DNA of 64,000 nt from Verrucomicrobiota bacterium. Its GTDB lineage: Bacteria; Verrucomicrobiota; Verrucomicrobiia; Limisphaerales; Palsa-1400. Position 1 is the stretch's first letter; each line of letters starts with the position of its first letter. Below are positions 57,101-64,000 of the stretch, piece by piece. Location of the stretch: positions 134 through 64,133 of the forward strand of contig JBEKDI010000058.1 in the NCBI GenBank assembly GCA_050014435.1. Reading direction: 5' to 3'. The translations under genes were made by a program, and so were the position numbers. The notes under the pieces were generated by a model. That model ran no database searches and was not told where the DNA came from. It was given only the letters and a program-made list of their open reading frames with translations.

Positions 57101-57701
57101 GCCTTCTCAAATACTGGACCGGGCTCGACCAGGACTGGCCAAAATCCACTTGGAACCGGGTTATGAAATGAAGTTTGCAGGTGAGGACGAGGAGTTGCGC
57201 AAGAACCGAGCCGAAATGACACTGGTGATGGAGATGTCTCTGGCGCTCATTTGCATGACCATGGTCCTGCAATTCAAATCCGTCATCAAATCCGTGGTGG
57301 TCATGCTGACAGTGCCGCTCGGACTTATTGGCGCCTTGCTGGGGCTATGGGTAACTGGCTCGCCCCTGGGATTCATGGCGCTGCTGGCGATGGTCAGCCT
57401 GGCTGGCGTCATGGTCAGTCACATCATCGTGCTCAGCGACTTCATCGAGCATGCCCGCGCTCGAGGGCTTCCCTTGGAAGAGGCGCTGGTGCAGGCCGGC
57501 TTGGCGCGTCTGCGCCCGGTACTGGTAACGGTCCTCGCCACGGTCGGCGGACTCATCCCGCTCTTCCTCACCGGTGGCGCGCTTTGGCACCCGCTGACGG
57601 CGGTCCACATTTTTGGCCTGCTCCTTGCCACGGTGATGACCCTGCTGATGTTGCCGACGCTCTATTACGTCTTCTGCGCCAAGCTGAAATTTATCAAGTA
57701 A
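54174..57701 (+). CDS. RND efflux permease (AcrB/CzcA superfamily), long form
   Basis: 1175 aa with 12-TM RND topology and two large periplasmic loops. The first loop is enlarged. Confidence 0.9.
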   Translation: MSKPVEDKVESGGLAQFFVEHREVSWLALIAVLLWGGIAYTRLGQQEDPTIPQRTAMLVTQFPGATASKVEELVSKPIERKISELKSIEEIKTTSRPGISTMTIKQIPASTATIDQEWDKVRAKIQEVQLPEGTRTPWLNTDFGNTITLLFGLVSPPITDAECVARANLLRERLADLRKGAPSTNHAAVAAFLPSMDENSMEVLRGRFETAVRAAGLAKEVRTTQGHSFILVDLETAARRGELERFLADFTRRFFGTDRELWHPDFTQPILLMGDEDPLPQIRASAPPRYSYRTLELLARDFEDALKQVESVGKVTKVAIVQEAVYLLFSDANLAGYGLTPEMVASSISARNAVIPGGTMRTEGRNFPVQLSGEYKTEKDMLGTVVGMGRGGAPVYLRDIFEVRRMYESPIPYKVDVLGRTGNNGSLDTRRAVMVAVEMRDGEIIRYFNRDVMKVANEMKARMPEGLEFRVLSDQPTAVEHRIHHFVRCFIEAVVIVIIVGLFLMDWRSALVLATAVPLTVAMTLVGMQLLHIPLQQISIAALIIALGMLVDVPVVASDGINRELHLGEPRLRAAWLGPLHLRHPMVFGTLINIFAFLPLLLLTGDKGEFMKSLPMVVTLALAAAFLVSVTFTPLISYYVLRGQKGFDEGGEVRSFFLFRYVDQALAAVLPHYRAALQGSLKRPWLVLSVGYSVLALSCLLVPFLGDQFFPPAERNQLLVDIESPSTDSLTSLRATVDQAVALIKRHEEVVSAAVFTGGTAPRFYYNVEPKEPANYLAQILINTRHADDVEPLLVKLRQELDQSVPGLRCVVKQLEQGPPVKEPIQIRLSGENLDKLRQLADQTAAELRAAGGYHVFDDLGLRMPNIEIAIDQDRANSLGLNNQQIGGVAQASFTGLKLSELREGDRLIPILARGRIEDRSEAEKIRGLYAPTPDGKAVPFESFSTIKVKPEFVTIPHYNQLRTVTVKAYAPFGELPSQILDRARPGLAKIHLEPGYEMKFAGEDEELRKNRAEMTLVMEMSLALICMTMVLQFKSVIKSVVVMLTVPLGLIGALLGLWVTGSPLGFMALLAMVSLAGVMVSHIIVLSDFIEHARARGLPLEEALVQAGLARLRPVLVTVLATVGGLIPLFLTGGALWHPLTAVHIFGLLLATVMTLLMLPTLYYVFCAKLKFIK

Positions 57702-57711
57702 CCACCACGTT

Positions 57712-59217
57712 ATGCGCTCATCTCTTTTCAAACTGCCCTTTTGGTGCCTCGGCGTGCTGACCCTGGCCGGTTGCGCCGTTGGCCCGAACTACCAACGTCC
57801 CGCGGTGAATGCGCCGGCAGGTTTCCGCGACCCGTCCTCCGTAGCAGAACTGCGGAGGGTGGACGCCACCAATCATGTCTCCACCAACTCGTTCGCCGAT
57901 CTTCCCTGGTGGGGGGTATTCAAAGACCCGGTGCTACAGGAGCTGGTGCGGACAGCGCTGACCAACAACTACGACCTTCGAATTACCCTTACCCGGATGG
58001 ACCAGGCCCGCGCGCTCCAAGCTCAAGTGCGCTCCCAGTTCCTGCCCCAAGCCGGTTATGTGGGCGAAGCCAACCACGGCCGGAATGAGTATTTATCCCT
58101 GCCTACGCCGAATGGCGGTCAAACGACAGACAGCTATCTGGGCGGCTTTGAAGCGCTCTGGGAAATTGACCTCTGGGGCCGCGTCCGCCGGATGAATGAA
58201 GCCGCGCGCGCGAACTTCATGGCCTCGCAGGAGAACCGCCGAACCGTAATGATCTCGGTGGTCAGCGATGTCGCGAGCACCTACTTTGAGTTGCTGGAAT
58301 TGGACGACCAGCTTGCAATCGCCAGACGCACGCGGGATTCCTACGAGCGGACTTACAAGCTCTTTGCCGACCGGCATGCCGCCGGCGTGGCTTCCAAGCT
58401 GGAGCTGTCGCGTGCCAAGTTGGCACTGGCCTCGGTTTCAGCCAACATCCCGGAAATTGAGCGCCAAATCGTTCTCAAGGAAAACGAATTCAACATGCTG
58501 TTGGGACTCAATCCCGGACCCGTCCCGCGAACTTCCACACTCCTTGCTCAGGAGCTGCCTCTGGAAATCCCGGTGGGCCTGCCCTCGACTCTGCTGGAGC
58601 GGCGCCCCGACCTTCGCGCAGTTGAGCAACAAGTGCGTGCGGCTAATGCAGGAATCGGCGTCGCCGTGGGAGACTTTTTTCCGCGCATCGGTTTGACGAC
58701 ATTTTACGGCGGCACCAGCACCGAGCTGGGCAACCTGACGTCATCAGGTGCAAACACCTGGTCCGCTGCGGCAAACGCTGTCGGCCCGTTGTTCACAGGA
58801 GGAAGGTTAACGGGGCACTACCGAGAGGCCAAAGCCGCATGGGAAGAAGCAAAGCTCCAGTACCAGGACACAGCTCTCGGGGCCTTCCGTGAGGTGTCCG
58901 ACGCCCTTACGTCCCACCGCAAATTTGATGAGGAGCGCGCCCAGCAAGCTGAGGCAGTCAATGCGGGCCGCGACGCCGTGGCCGTAGCGACCGACCGCTA
59001 CAAAGAAGGCAAGGCGAGCTATTACGAAGTTCTCGAGGCTCAACAGCAACTCTTTCCTGCGGAAAATGCATTATCGCAGATCGAAGCCGGGCGCCGGCTT
59101 GCGGTCGTTCAACTTTACAAAGCCTTGGGCGGTGGCTGGTCGCTGAAAGACTCCGAGTGGACTGGAATGAGCGCACAGGTATCATCCTCTCGAAATCCCG
59201 GCGCCACTGCACACTGA
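57712..59217 (+). CDS. RND outer-membrane factor lipoprotein (NodT family)
   Basis: 501 aa. It has a lipobox (LAGCAVGPNY), a tandem OEP repeat pattern and the C-terminal ...LYKALGGGW. Confidence 0.9.
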   Translation: MRSSLFKLPFWCLGVLTLAGCAVGPNYQRPAVNAPAGFRDPSSVAELRRVDATNHVSTNSFADLPWWGVFKDPVLQELVRTALTNNYDLRITLTRMDQARALQAQVRSQFLPQAGYVGEANHGRNEYLSLPTPNGGQTTDSYLGGFEALWEIDLWGRVRRMNEAARANFMASQENRRTVMISVVSDVASTYFELLELDDQLAIARRTRDSYERTYKLFADRHAAGVASKLELSRAKLALASVSANIPEIERQIVLKENEFNMLLGLNPGPVPRTSTLLAQELPLEIPVGLPSTLLERRPDLRAVEQQVRAANAGIGVAVGDFFPRIGLTTFYGGTSTELGNLTSSGANTWSAAANAVGPLFTGGRLTGHYREAKAAWEEAKLQYQDTALGAFREVSDALTSHRKFDEERAQQAEAVNAGRDAVAVATDRYKEGKASYYEVLEAQQQLFPAENALSQIEAGRRLAVVQLYKALGGGWSLKDSEWTGMSAQVSSSRNPGATAH

Positions 59218-59257
59218 TTTCGGCTTATGGAGCAAGAAAGCGAAAGTCGGTTTGATC

Positions 59258-59400
59258 CTAACTTCGCCGAGTAGACGTGGAACGCTTCAAACGTGACAAC
59301 CTCATCTTGGACTTGGAAGCAGCCAACTGGAAAATCAAAGGACCGGATGGCGCGGCGGAACTCGGCCTCGTAGGTGAAACGCCGGCATTAAAGATGGCGG
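59258..59400 (+). pseudogene. Remnant of the 3' end (HTH region) of a sigma-54 activator paralog
   Basis: VERFKRDNLILDLEAANWKIKGPDGAAELG aligns with the C-termini of the activators at 19072-20646 and 27660-28871, at both DNA and protein level. A stop and a frameshift lie at its 5' edge, and no upstream AAA+ domain is present. Confidence 0.65.
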
Positions 59401-59715
59401 TATTGCTGAGCTGCTGCGTTCCAGGCGCAGCGGAGTGCCCGCCCTGCCGTGTAATGCGGCTACAGTTTTCGTGATACGCCTCTAAAACCGCCAGAAATCC
59501 ACCCGCTTTGGTATCGGCAACCACCAGATAGCGAATGGAATCAAACACGCTGCTTTTTGCTGTGCGTTCCCAACGAGTTTTCGTGCTGCCCGCTTTTTAA
59601 CAGAAGATGGAATCCATGACTAATTGCCATTTGCGTGTAAGATTGCTTCAGCGGATGCGCCGCAGCGCGTCCCTTCTCTTTATGACGCCGCCACCTGAAC
59701 TCAAAGCATCGGTAT

Positions 59716-62649
59716 TTACGGCAGCGGCGGACCGACAACGACGCGATAAAAGCGCGCTGAATTGGTCGCGGCGATGTCTTGCCAACTGAACGGCATCGCC
59801 GGTGAATTCGCCGTAAACACCATGCTCCATTGCGTCAGATTCGTGGAGGTCTGAATCGCGTAATCCGGCCCGCTCTGACCGGTGACTTGCAGCACAAATT
59901 GCCCATTGCTCCACCCAACCGACGACACCTGCGGCAACGACACCGGATTGACGGTGATCGTGAAATTATTTGTCGCGCTCAACGGCGGCGTGCCATTTTC
60001 CGAAACTTCCAGCGTGAAACTGTTTGTCGAGTTCGCCTGCGTGACGAGCGGGCGGAACGAAAACGCGCCGCTGTTGGTGTTGACCGTGGCATTGGTCGCG
60101 CCGGCCAACATCGCGAAGGTCAGCGTCAGCGTCTGCGGCTGTTGGTCGGAGTCCGTGGAGATGGCTGTGAAGGCCACGGTCTGGCCAACGTTCACGGTCT
60201 GGTTGGCGATGGGGACCAGGGTCGGCGTCGTGTTCCAGGCCACGGAATCGATGTAGCAGGCGCCTGACCAGGCGGCGCTTGTCGAAAACTGAATGCCAAG
60301 TTGCTGCAATGGCGTTACGGCGGTCGGCGGTACCGTCACGGTGATCGTGTTCCAAGCGTTGGCAGTCAGATTCCCATAACTGTCACTGGTCCATGCCCAG
60401 TTGTAGTCCTGCAGATATGGCTGGAGCTCCGTGATCTGACTGCCGCTCGGGATCCAGACATGGAAGGTAATCGTCGTGCCGGCGGTTACAGCCACGTTGC
60501 CCACAGACACGGACGATGTGCCCGCTGCCGTGCCGTCGAAGTTCACCGCCAGCGACTGCCTGCCCGCAAAGTGCTGCGCGGTTGAAGTCGCGACTCCAGC
60601 GATTGGACTGCCGCCTGCCGACCAACCCTGCGGGTCGGTTTCGAAGTTGAATTGCGCCGGGTCCGGGTTGACGCCGGGTGTCGTCGCGTGGGCCTCGGGT
60701 GAAAAACCTGTCGGCCCGGAGCTGTTGACGGCGGCCACCTGGTAGTAATAGGTTGTGCCGCTATTGAGACCGGTATCGGTATAGGACGTGCCGGTTATGC
60801 CGGTGACGACCGGATTGGTGCTCTCGTAGCCGGATTCCGCTGCCCGGTAGAGATTGTAGCTGGTAGCTCCGCTGCCGGCAATCCAGGACAAGGTTACCTG
60901 GCCATTGCCGGCCGTCGCGGTGAGGCCGGACGCAGCGTAGGGGGCGCCGTTCGGAGGCGGAGGCGCGGTTCCACCAGTCAACGCAGTAACATCTTGCGGG
61001 TCATCGACCGCGCCCGTGGTCCAATCGAATGGACTACCAGGGGTGCTCCAATAAAATGGACTAAGTCCGTGGGCTCGAGCGGATTCTGCAACGTACTTAT
61101 TCCAATAGTGCGCGGAAGCACTATTATAGGTTGCCTCCGTTCCTGTAAGGAACGACTTCCCCGCAGCCTGGAATTCGCCCACCATTACAGGGATGCCACG
61201 ACTGGCGTACTGGTCGGCCAGTTGTTGGAATCCCGAGTCTATGGCGCCCTCTTCGGGCGGGGTGGCGTTGCGAGTTGGGTCTCCAGAATAATAGTAAGAC
61301 GGCCCCCAGAAGTAATACATTATGCCCCACGATGCATCGCTGGTCAGCTGCGTGAACTGAAAAGGGGTGTAGCAATGATATTCGACCATCAGATGATTGG
61401 GGGTTGAGTCCGTCGGCAGGGTATTCAACCACGTTACGTCCCCGCCGCCTTGTAGCACCAGCCAGCGATTGGTGTTATAGCTGCCGACGCCGCGAACCGC
61501 GTTGACGAAAGTCTGGTAGTAAACCATCAATGTGGCCATCTCTGCGGGACTGCTCACGTTTGGTTCGTTGGCTGCGGCAAAGAGCAGGTGGTTGTCATAA
61601 CCGGAAAACGCGGTTGCGATCTGTGTCCAGTAGGAGTTCATTTTCGCGTTGATGGTTGGATTGACCGTTGTCCCAATGTTGTTTTCCAGCCAGCCGTCGT
61701 CCCAGTGATCGTTGATTACGACATACATTCCCGCAGCGATGGCCCAGCCAACCACCTTTTGGACTTGCGCCATATAAGTGGGACTGATTTGGCAGTTTGT
61801 CTGGTTGGCGTTAGAGTCCCAAGCGCACGGGATGCGAAGGGTGTTGAACCCGGCGTTGGCGGCAGCGTTGATGAGCGCCTGGGTTGGCAGAGGTCCCCAG
61901 CAGCCTGGGCCACACGGCGGCTCCAGCGTATTTCCGAGGTTCCACCCATAGGTTGGATTCGGCAGCGGCGTGGCGACCCTGCCCAAGCTAAAGTTTGTGA
62001 ACGTGGCGGTGTTTAGCGCCGAATTGTTGTGAGCGGTCACATCGAACCCAGCCATGACGGTGTTATTCAACGGAATCAACTGGCTGCCAACCCGCACCCA
62101 GTTGTTGCCATCCGTGCTGTAATAGCCGCTGAAGTTCGTGCCGGAGCGGACCAATCTCAGCCAAACCGGCGCGGTTACGCCGAGCTGCACGCTGAAAGAA
62201 CTCAATCCTCCGGCTGTGCTCCGCCACTGAAAACTGACTCCCTGTCCTGCCGTGGCAACAATGCTCACATTGGCCGAACCCGCCGTGCTGTCGTTGCGAA
62301 GCATCAGTCCGGCCTTCGACCAGCCGGAACCCGGATCGCTGTTCTGCAACCCCGTCACGAGCACAGTCATCGCGCCGTCGCCAGTAAAATTGGTGCTGGC
62401 AAAATTGAACTGGTCGGCGGCACCCCAAATGTCCGCGCCGCCGCCGGTGACGGTCCACAAGCCGTTGGTATAGGTGGCCGAGCCGGCCAAACCCGGCGAT
62501 CCAATGTCCGCGTCGCTCCATCCCGGCGGCAAAGCCGCCCAAGCCGTTCCGGCCATCGGCAGAAGCATCGAAACCAGGCAAAAAAATTTCGTGAGTTTAT
62601 GGGGATTACGAAACTTCCACCGGCGGTTTTCAATTCCAAATGATGACAT
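59716..62649 (-). CDS. Secreted multidomain GH5 glycoside hydrolase (cellulase/mannanase-type)
   Basis: 977 aa with a signal peptide and a concanavalin/LamG-like N-terminal domain. The GH5 core has ...AAANEPN (acid/base) and VGEF (nucleophile). It continues with Fn3, a CBM-like jelly-roll, a cadherin/Ig-like domain, and a C-terminal beta domain ending ..RFYRVVV. Confidence 0.85.
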   Translation of the reverse strand: MSSFGIENRRWKFRNPHKLTKFFCLVSMLLPMAGTAWAALPPGWSDADIGSPGLAGSATYTNGLWTVTGGGADIWGAADQFNFASTNFTGDGAMTVLVTGLQNSDPGSGWSKAGLMLRNDSTAGSANVSIVATAGQGVSFQWRSTAGGLSSFSVQLGVTAPVWLRLVRSGTNFSGYYSTDGNNWVRVGSQLIPLNNTVMAGFDVTAHNNSALNTATFTNFSLGRVATPLPNPTYGWNLGNTLEPPCGPGCWGPLPTQALINAAANAGFNTLRIPCAWDSNANQTNCQISPTYMAQVQKVVGWAIAAGMYVVINDHWDDGWLENNIGTTVNPTINAKMNSYWTQIATAFSGYDNHLLFAAANEPNVSSPAEMATLMVYYQTFVNAVRGVGSYNTNRWLVLQGGGDVTWLNTLPTDSTPNHLMVEYHCYTPFQFTQLTSDASWGIMYYFWGPSYYYSGDPTRNATPPEEGAIDSGFQQLADQYASRGIPVMVGEFQAAGKSFLTGTEATYNSASAHYWNKYVAESARAHGLSPFYWSTPGSPFDWTTGAVDDPQDVTALTGGTAPPPPNGAPYAASGLTATAGNGQVTLSWIAGSGATSYNLYRAAESGYESTNPVVTGITGTSYTDTGLNSGTTYYYQVAAVNSSGPTGFSPEAHATTPGVNPDPAQFNFETDPQGWSAGGSPIAGVATSTAQHFAGRQSLAVNFDGTAAGTSSVSVGNVAVTAGTTITFHVWIPSGSQITELQPYLQDYNWAWTSDSYGNLTANAWNTITVTVPPTAVTPLQQLGIQFSTSAAWSGACYIDSVAWNTTPTLVPIANQTVNVGQTVAFTAISTDSDQQPQTLTLTFAMLAGATNATVNTNSGAFSFRPLVTQANSTNSFTLEVSENGTPPLSATNNFTITVNPVSLPQVSSVGWSNGQFVLQVTGQSGPDYAIQTSTNLTQWSMVFTANSPAMPFSWQDIAATNSARFYRVVVGPPLP

Positions 62650-62728
62650 TGTAGTGCAATGTACTACAACTCAACAAATCTACCCAGTCGTCAGTTTTAT
62701 CGACAGCGGTCGCTCCGCTAGCACTCCG

Positions 62729-63025
62729 TCAGTCGCCATTCCCGCCCGCCGGCAAGACCAAGATTTCGGCGGCACTGGTCCAGCCGTTCGCATTGATCTC
62801 CCGCAAGGCCGTCAAGCGGAAAAACCGGGCGTTGACCGGAGCAAAGGTGACTTCCTGGAGAGACGGGTTGTTCCGAATGTTGGCGAACTTGCCCGATGCA
62901 ACGTTGGTCGTCCAGTTGGCACCATCAGTGCTCGTTTCAAAGTGGTAACTTTCGACGGTGCCGTTGGGGTTTCCGTCTTGCCGCGGGTGATAAGTAAACC
63001 CGGCAATCCGGTGTGATGTGCCCAT
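62729..63025 (-). pseudogene. Discoidin (F5/8 type C, CBM32) domain remnant
   Basis: IAGFTYHPRQDGNPNGTVESYHFETSTDGANW....ARFFRLTALREINANGWTSAAEILV is the C-terminal two-thirds of a discoidin domain. It has no N-terminal part, signal peptide or catalytic partner. Confidence 0.55.
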
Positions 63026-63057
63026 GTATGGGGATGACAGGCAATCCAGAACGGCAG

Positions 63058-63199
63058 ATTAGATAGACGTCAAGTGTGATGCCATAATAGTTACATCCAA
63101 AGTTACAACATCCACCCCTGTCAAACGTGTGGTTGGTGTCTGAATTACCTACACAACAGAAAGTTTCTGCGGCGGGACTCGATATGCAAGTTCTAGTCC
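63058..63199. repeat. Copy 2 of the dispersed imperfect repeat
   Basis: See copy 1. It begins exactly where the discoidin remnant is truncated. Confidence 0.6.
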
Positions 63200-63278
63200 C
63201 TATGATGACTCAATGTGGTTCCATTGGGCGGGTCTGCGGTTGCGCACTGGCGTGTCCCACCGATTTGGCGAACGCGGA

Positions 63279-63497
63279 TCACGGCGCGATTTCCTGTTGC
63301 CACGGGAACACCCGCACCATGATTTTCGATGGCTGGGAAGGCACGGGCGCCGCAAATTCGAAATCCAGGATGGCATAATGAAAGGCCGTTTCTGACTGGC
63401 CGACGTTAACGAAAGTGGTTTTCCCCAGAAGGGCGTGCCAGGTGCCGTCTAAAAGGCTATCGTGATCGTGGCCGCACAAGGCCCGACTCATTCCCAC
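63279..63497 (-). pseudogene. Possible metallophosphoesterase C-terminal remnant
   Basis: It shows an ALCGHDHDS (GHxH-like) motif followed by a beta-rich tail. The N-terminal metal-binding motifs are absent. Confidence 0.3.
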
Positions 63498-63569
63498 AAC
63501 GCCAAGTTTTTCCGTAATTTGGAAGGCTTATTCATGAATCGGCCGGGTGTGCCTTGATTTTGTGTGAGT

Positions 63570-64000
63570 TTATTTTGGCTTTTGCGGGTCCAATGCCCAC
63601 CGGCGTGAGCGGGGAACAAAAAGCGCATCAATGGTCTGTGGCTGGCGCGCCTGCTGAACTTGCAGTTGCGCGCGCCATGCCTTTTCGGCAACCAGGAGCA
63701 GCGCGCCCACATGGGGATGAACGTGAATTTCGTGGCGCGCCAACTGGTCGGCGCGACGCCGGCCGTGTTCGGCCTTCGCGGCGGCGAGACGATCCGCCGT
63801 TTTCGTCTTGGCGTTCTCATTCGAACTTCGTTTCGCGCGGGCCGTCAATTCCTGTTCATAGTTCTCGAAATAGTCATCAATACGTTCCAGTTCGCGGCGC
63901 AGGCTGTTTTCCTGCCGGGCGCGCACTCGGTCCACTTCGCCAGCCACTTCGTTTTCAAGAGCCAGTTGAAGCAGTTCGCGCCATCGCTCCGGATTGAGCG
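63570..64000 (-). CDS. Hypothetical coiled-coil protein, 5' end outside the window
   Basis: The frame stays open to the window edge (LNPERWRELLQLALENEVAGEVDRVRARQENSLRRELERIDDYFENYEQEL...). I recognised no family. Confidence 0.5.
   Translation of the reverse strand, partial: LNPERWRELLQLALENEVAGEVDRVRARQENSLRRELERIDDYFENYEQELTARAKRSSNENAKTKTADRLAAAKAEHGRRRADQLARHEIHVHPHVGALLLVAEKAWRAQLQVQQARQPQTIDALFVPRSRRWALDPQKPK

Noticed and set aside
62917-62932. TGGCAC-CATCA-GTGCT on the plus strand, with correct sigma-54 spacing.
   Set aside because: It lies inside the discoidin remnant and no plausible plus-strand ORF follows. A TGGCAC plus GC match without the TGCA core is expected by chance about twice in a window of this size.

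Overview
GC-rich bacterial chromosomal window. The gene content suggests a PVC-type (Verrucomicrobia/Planctomycetes) or Acidobacteria-like soil organism: a TIGR02999-like ECF sigma next to a TPR Ser/Thr kinase, several sigma-54 activators, and a multidomain GH5. This taxonomic guess is inference only. I recognised no rRNA, tRNA, CRISPR array or intact transposase.

Layout:
- 1-1.2 kb: an AbiEi/AbiEii toxin-antitoxin pair, followed by a decayed patch to 2.15 kb.
- 2.1-6.6 kb: a minus-strand array holding a MlaA-hydrolase fusion, a PagL-like outer-membrane deacylase, pgl, and small Cys-rich and CBM48 proteins.
- 6.6-11 kb: a patchwork of gene remnants (pilT, OMF, alpha/beta-hydrolase, DedA) mixed with small unknown ORFs, an ElaB/DUF883 gene and a beta-helix protein.
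- 11-16.8 kb: an envelope-maintenance operon, htrA, Trx-like (WSRPC), STAS-mlaE, mlaF, mlaD, pqiC-like.
- 17-28.9 kb: a K+ channel, an AI-2E transporter preceded by a good sigma-54 -24/-12 element, and a four-regulator operon (ECF sigma, Ser/Thr kinase, hybrid histidine kinase, sigma-54 response regulator). A receiver-less paralogous activator lies in inverted orientation.
- 28.9-51.7 kb: about 22 co-directional, tightly packed genes joining glycogen breakdown (glgX, malQ, glgP), non-oxidative and oxidative pentose-phosphate enzymes, class I aldolase, phosphoketolase and acetate kinase. Embedded in this run are a LarA homolog, a Tat-signal protein, an outer-membrane barrel, UbiB and an internally deleted, frameshifted transketolase.
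- 52.3-59.2 kb: a TetR/MFP/RND/OMF efflux operon preceded by a second sigma-54-type promoter.
- 59.7-64 kb: a 977-aa GH5 enzyme and another patch of gene remnants.

Candidates most worth follow-up:
- the MlaA-serine-hydrolase fusion next to the PagL-like gene
- the two sigma-54 promoters and the stacked regulatory operon
- the glycogen-to-phosphoketolase supercluster, with its translationally coupled LarA homolog and broken tkt
- the SxxC thioredoxin
- a 239-aa alpha/beta protein that shares its 5' end with the ElaB gene

All functional calls rest on motif and family recognition by eye. No database search was run.
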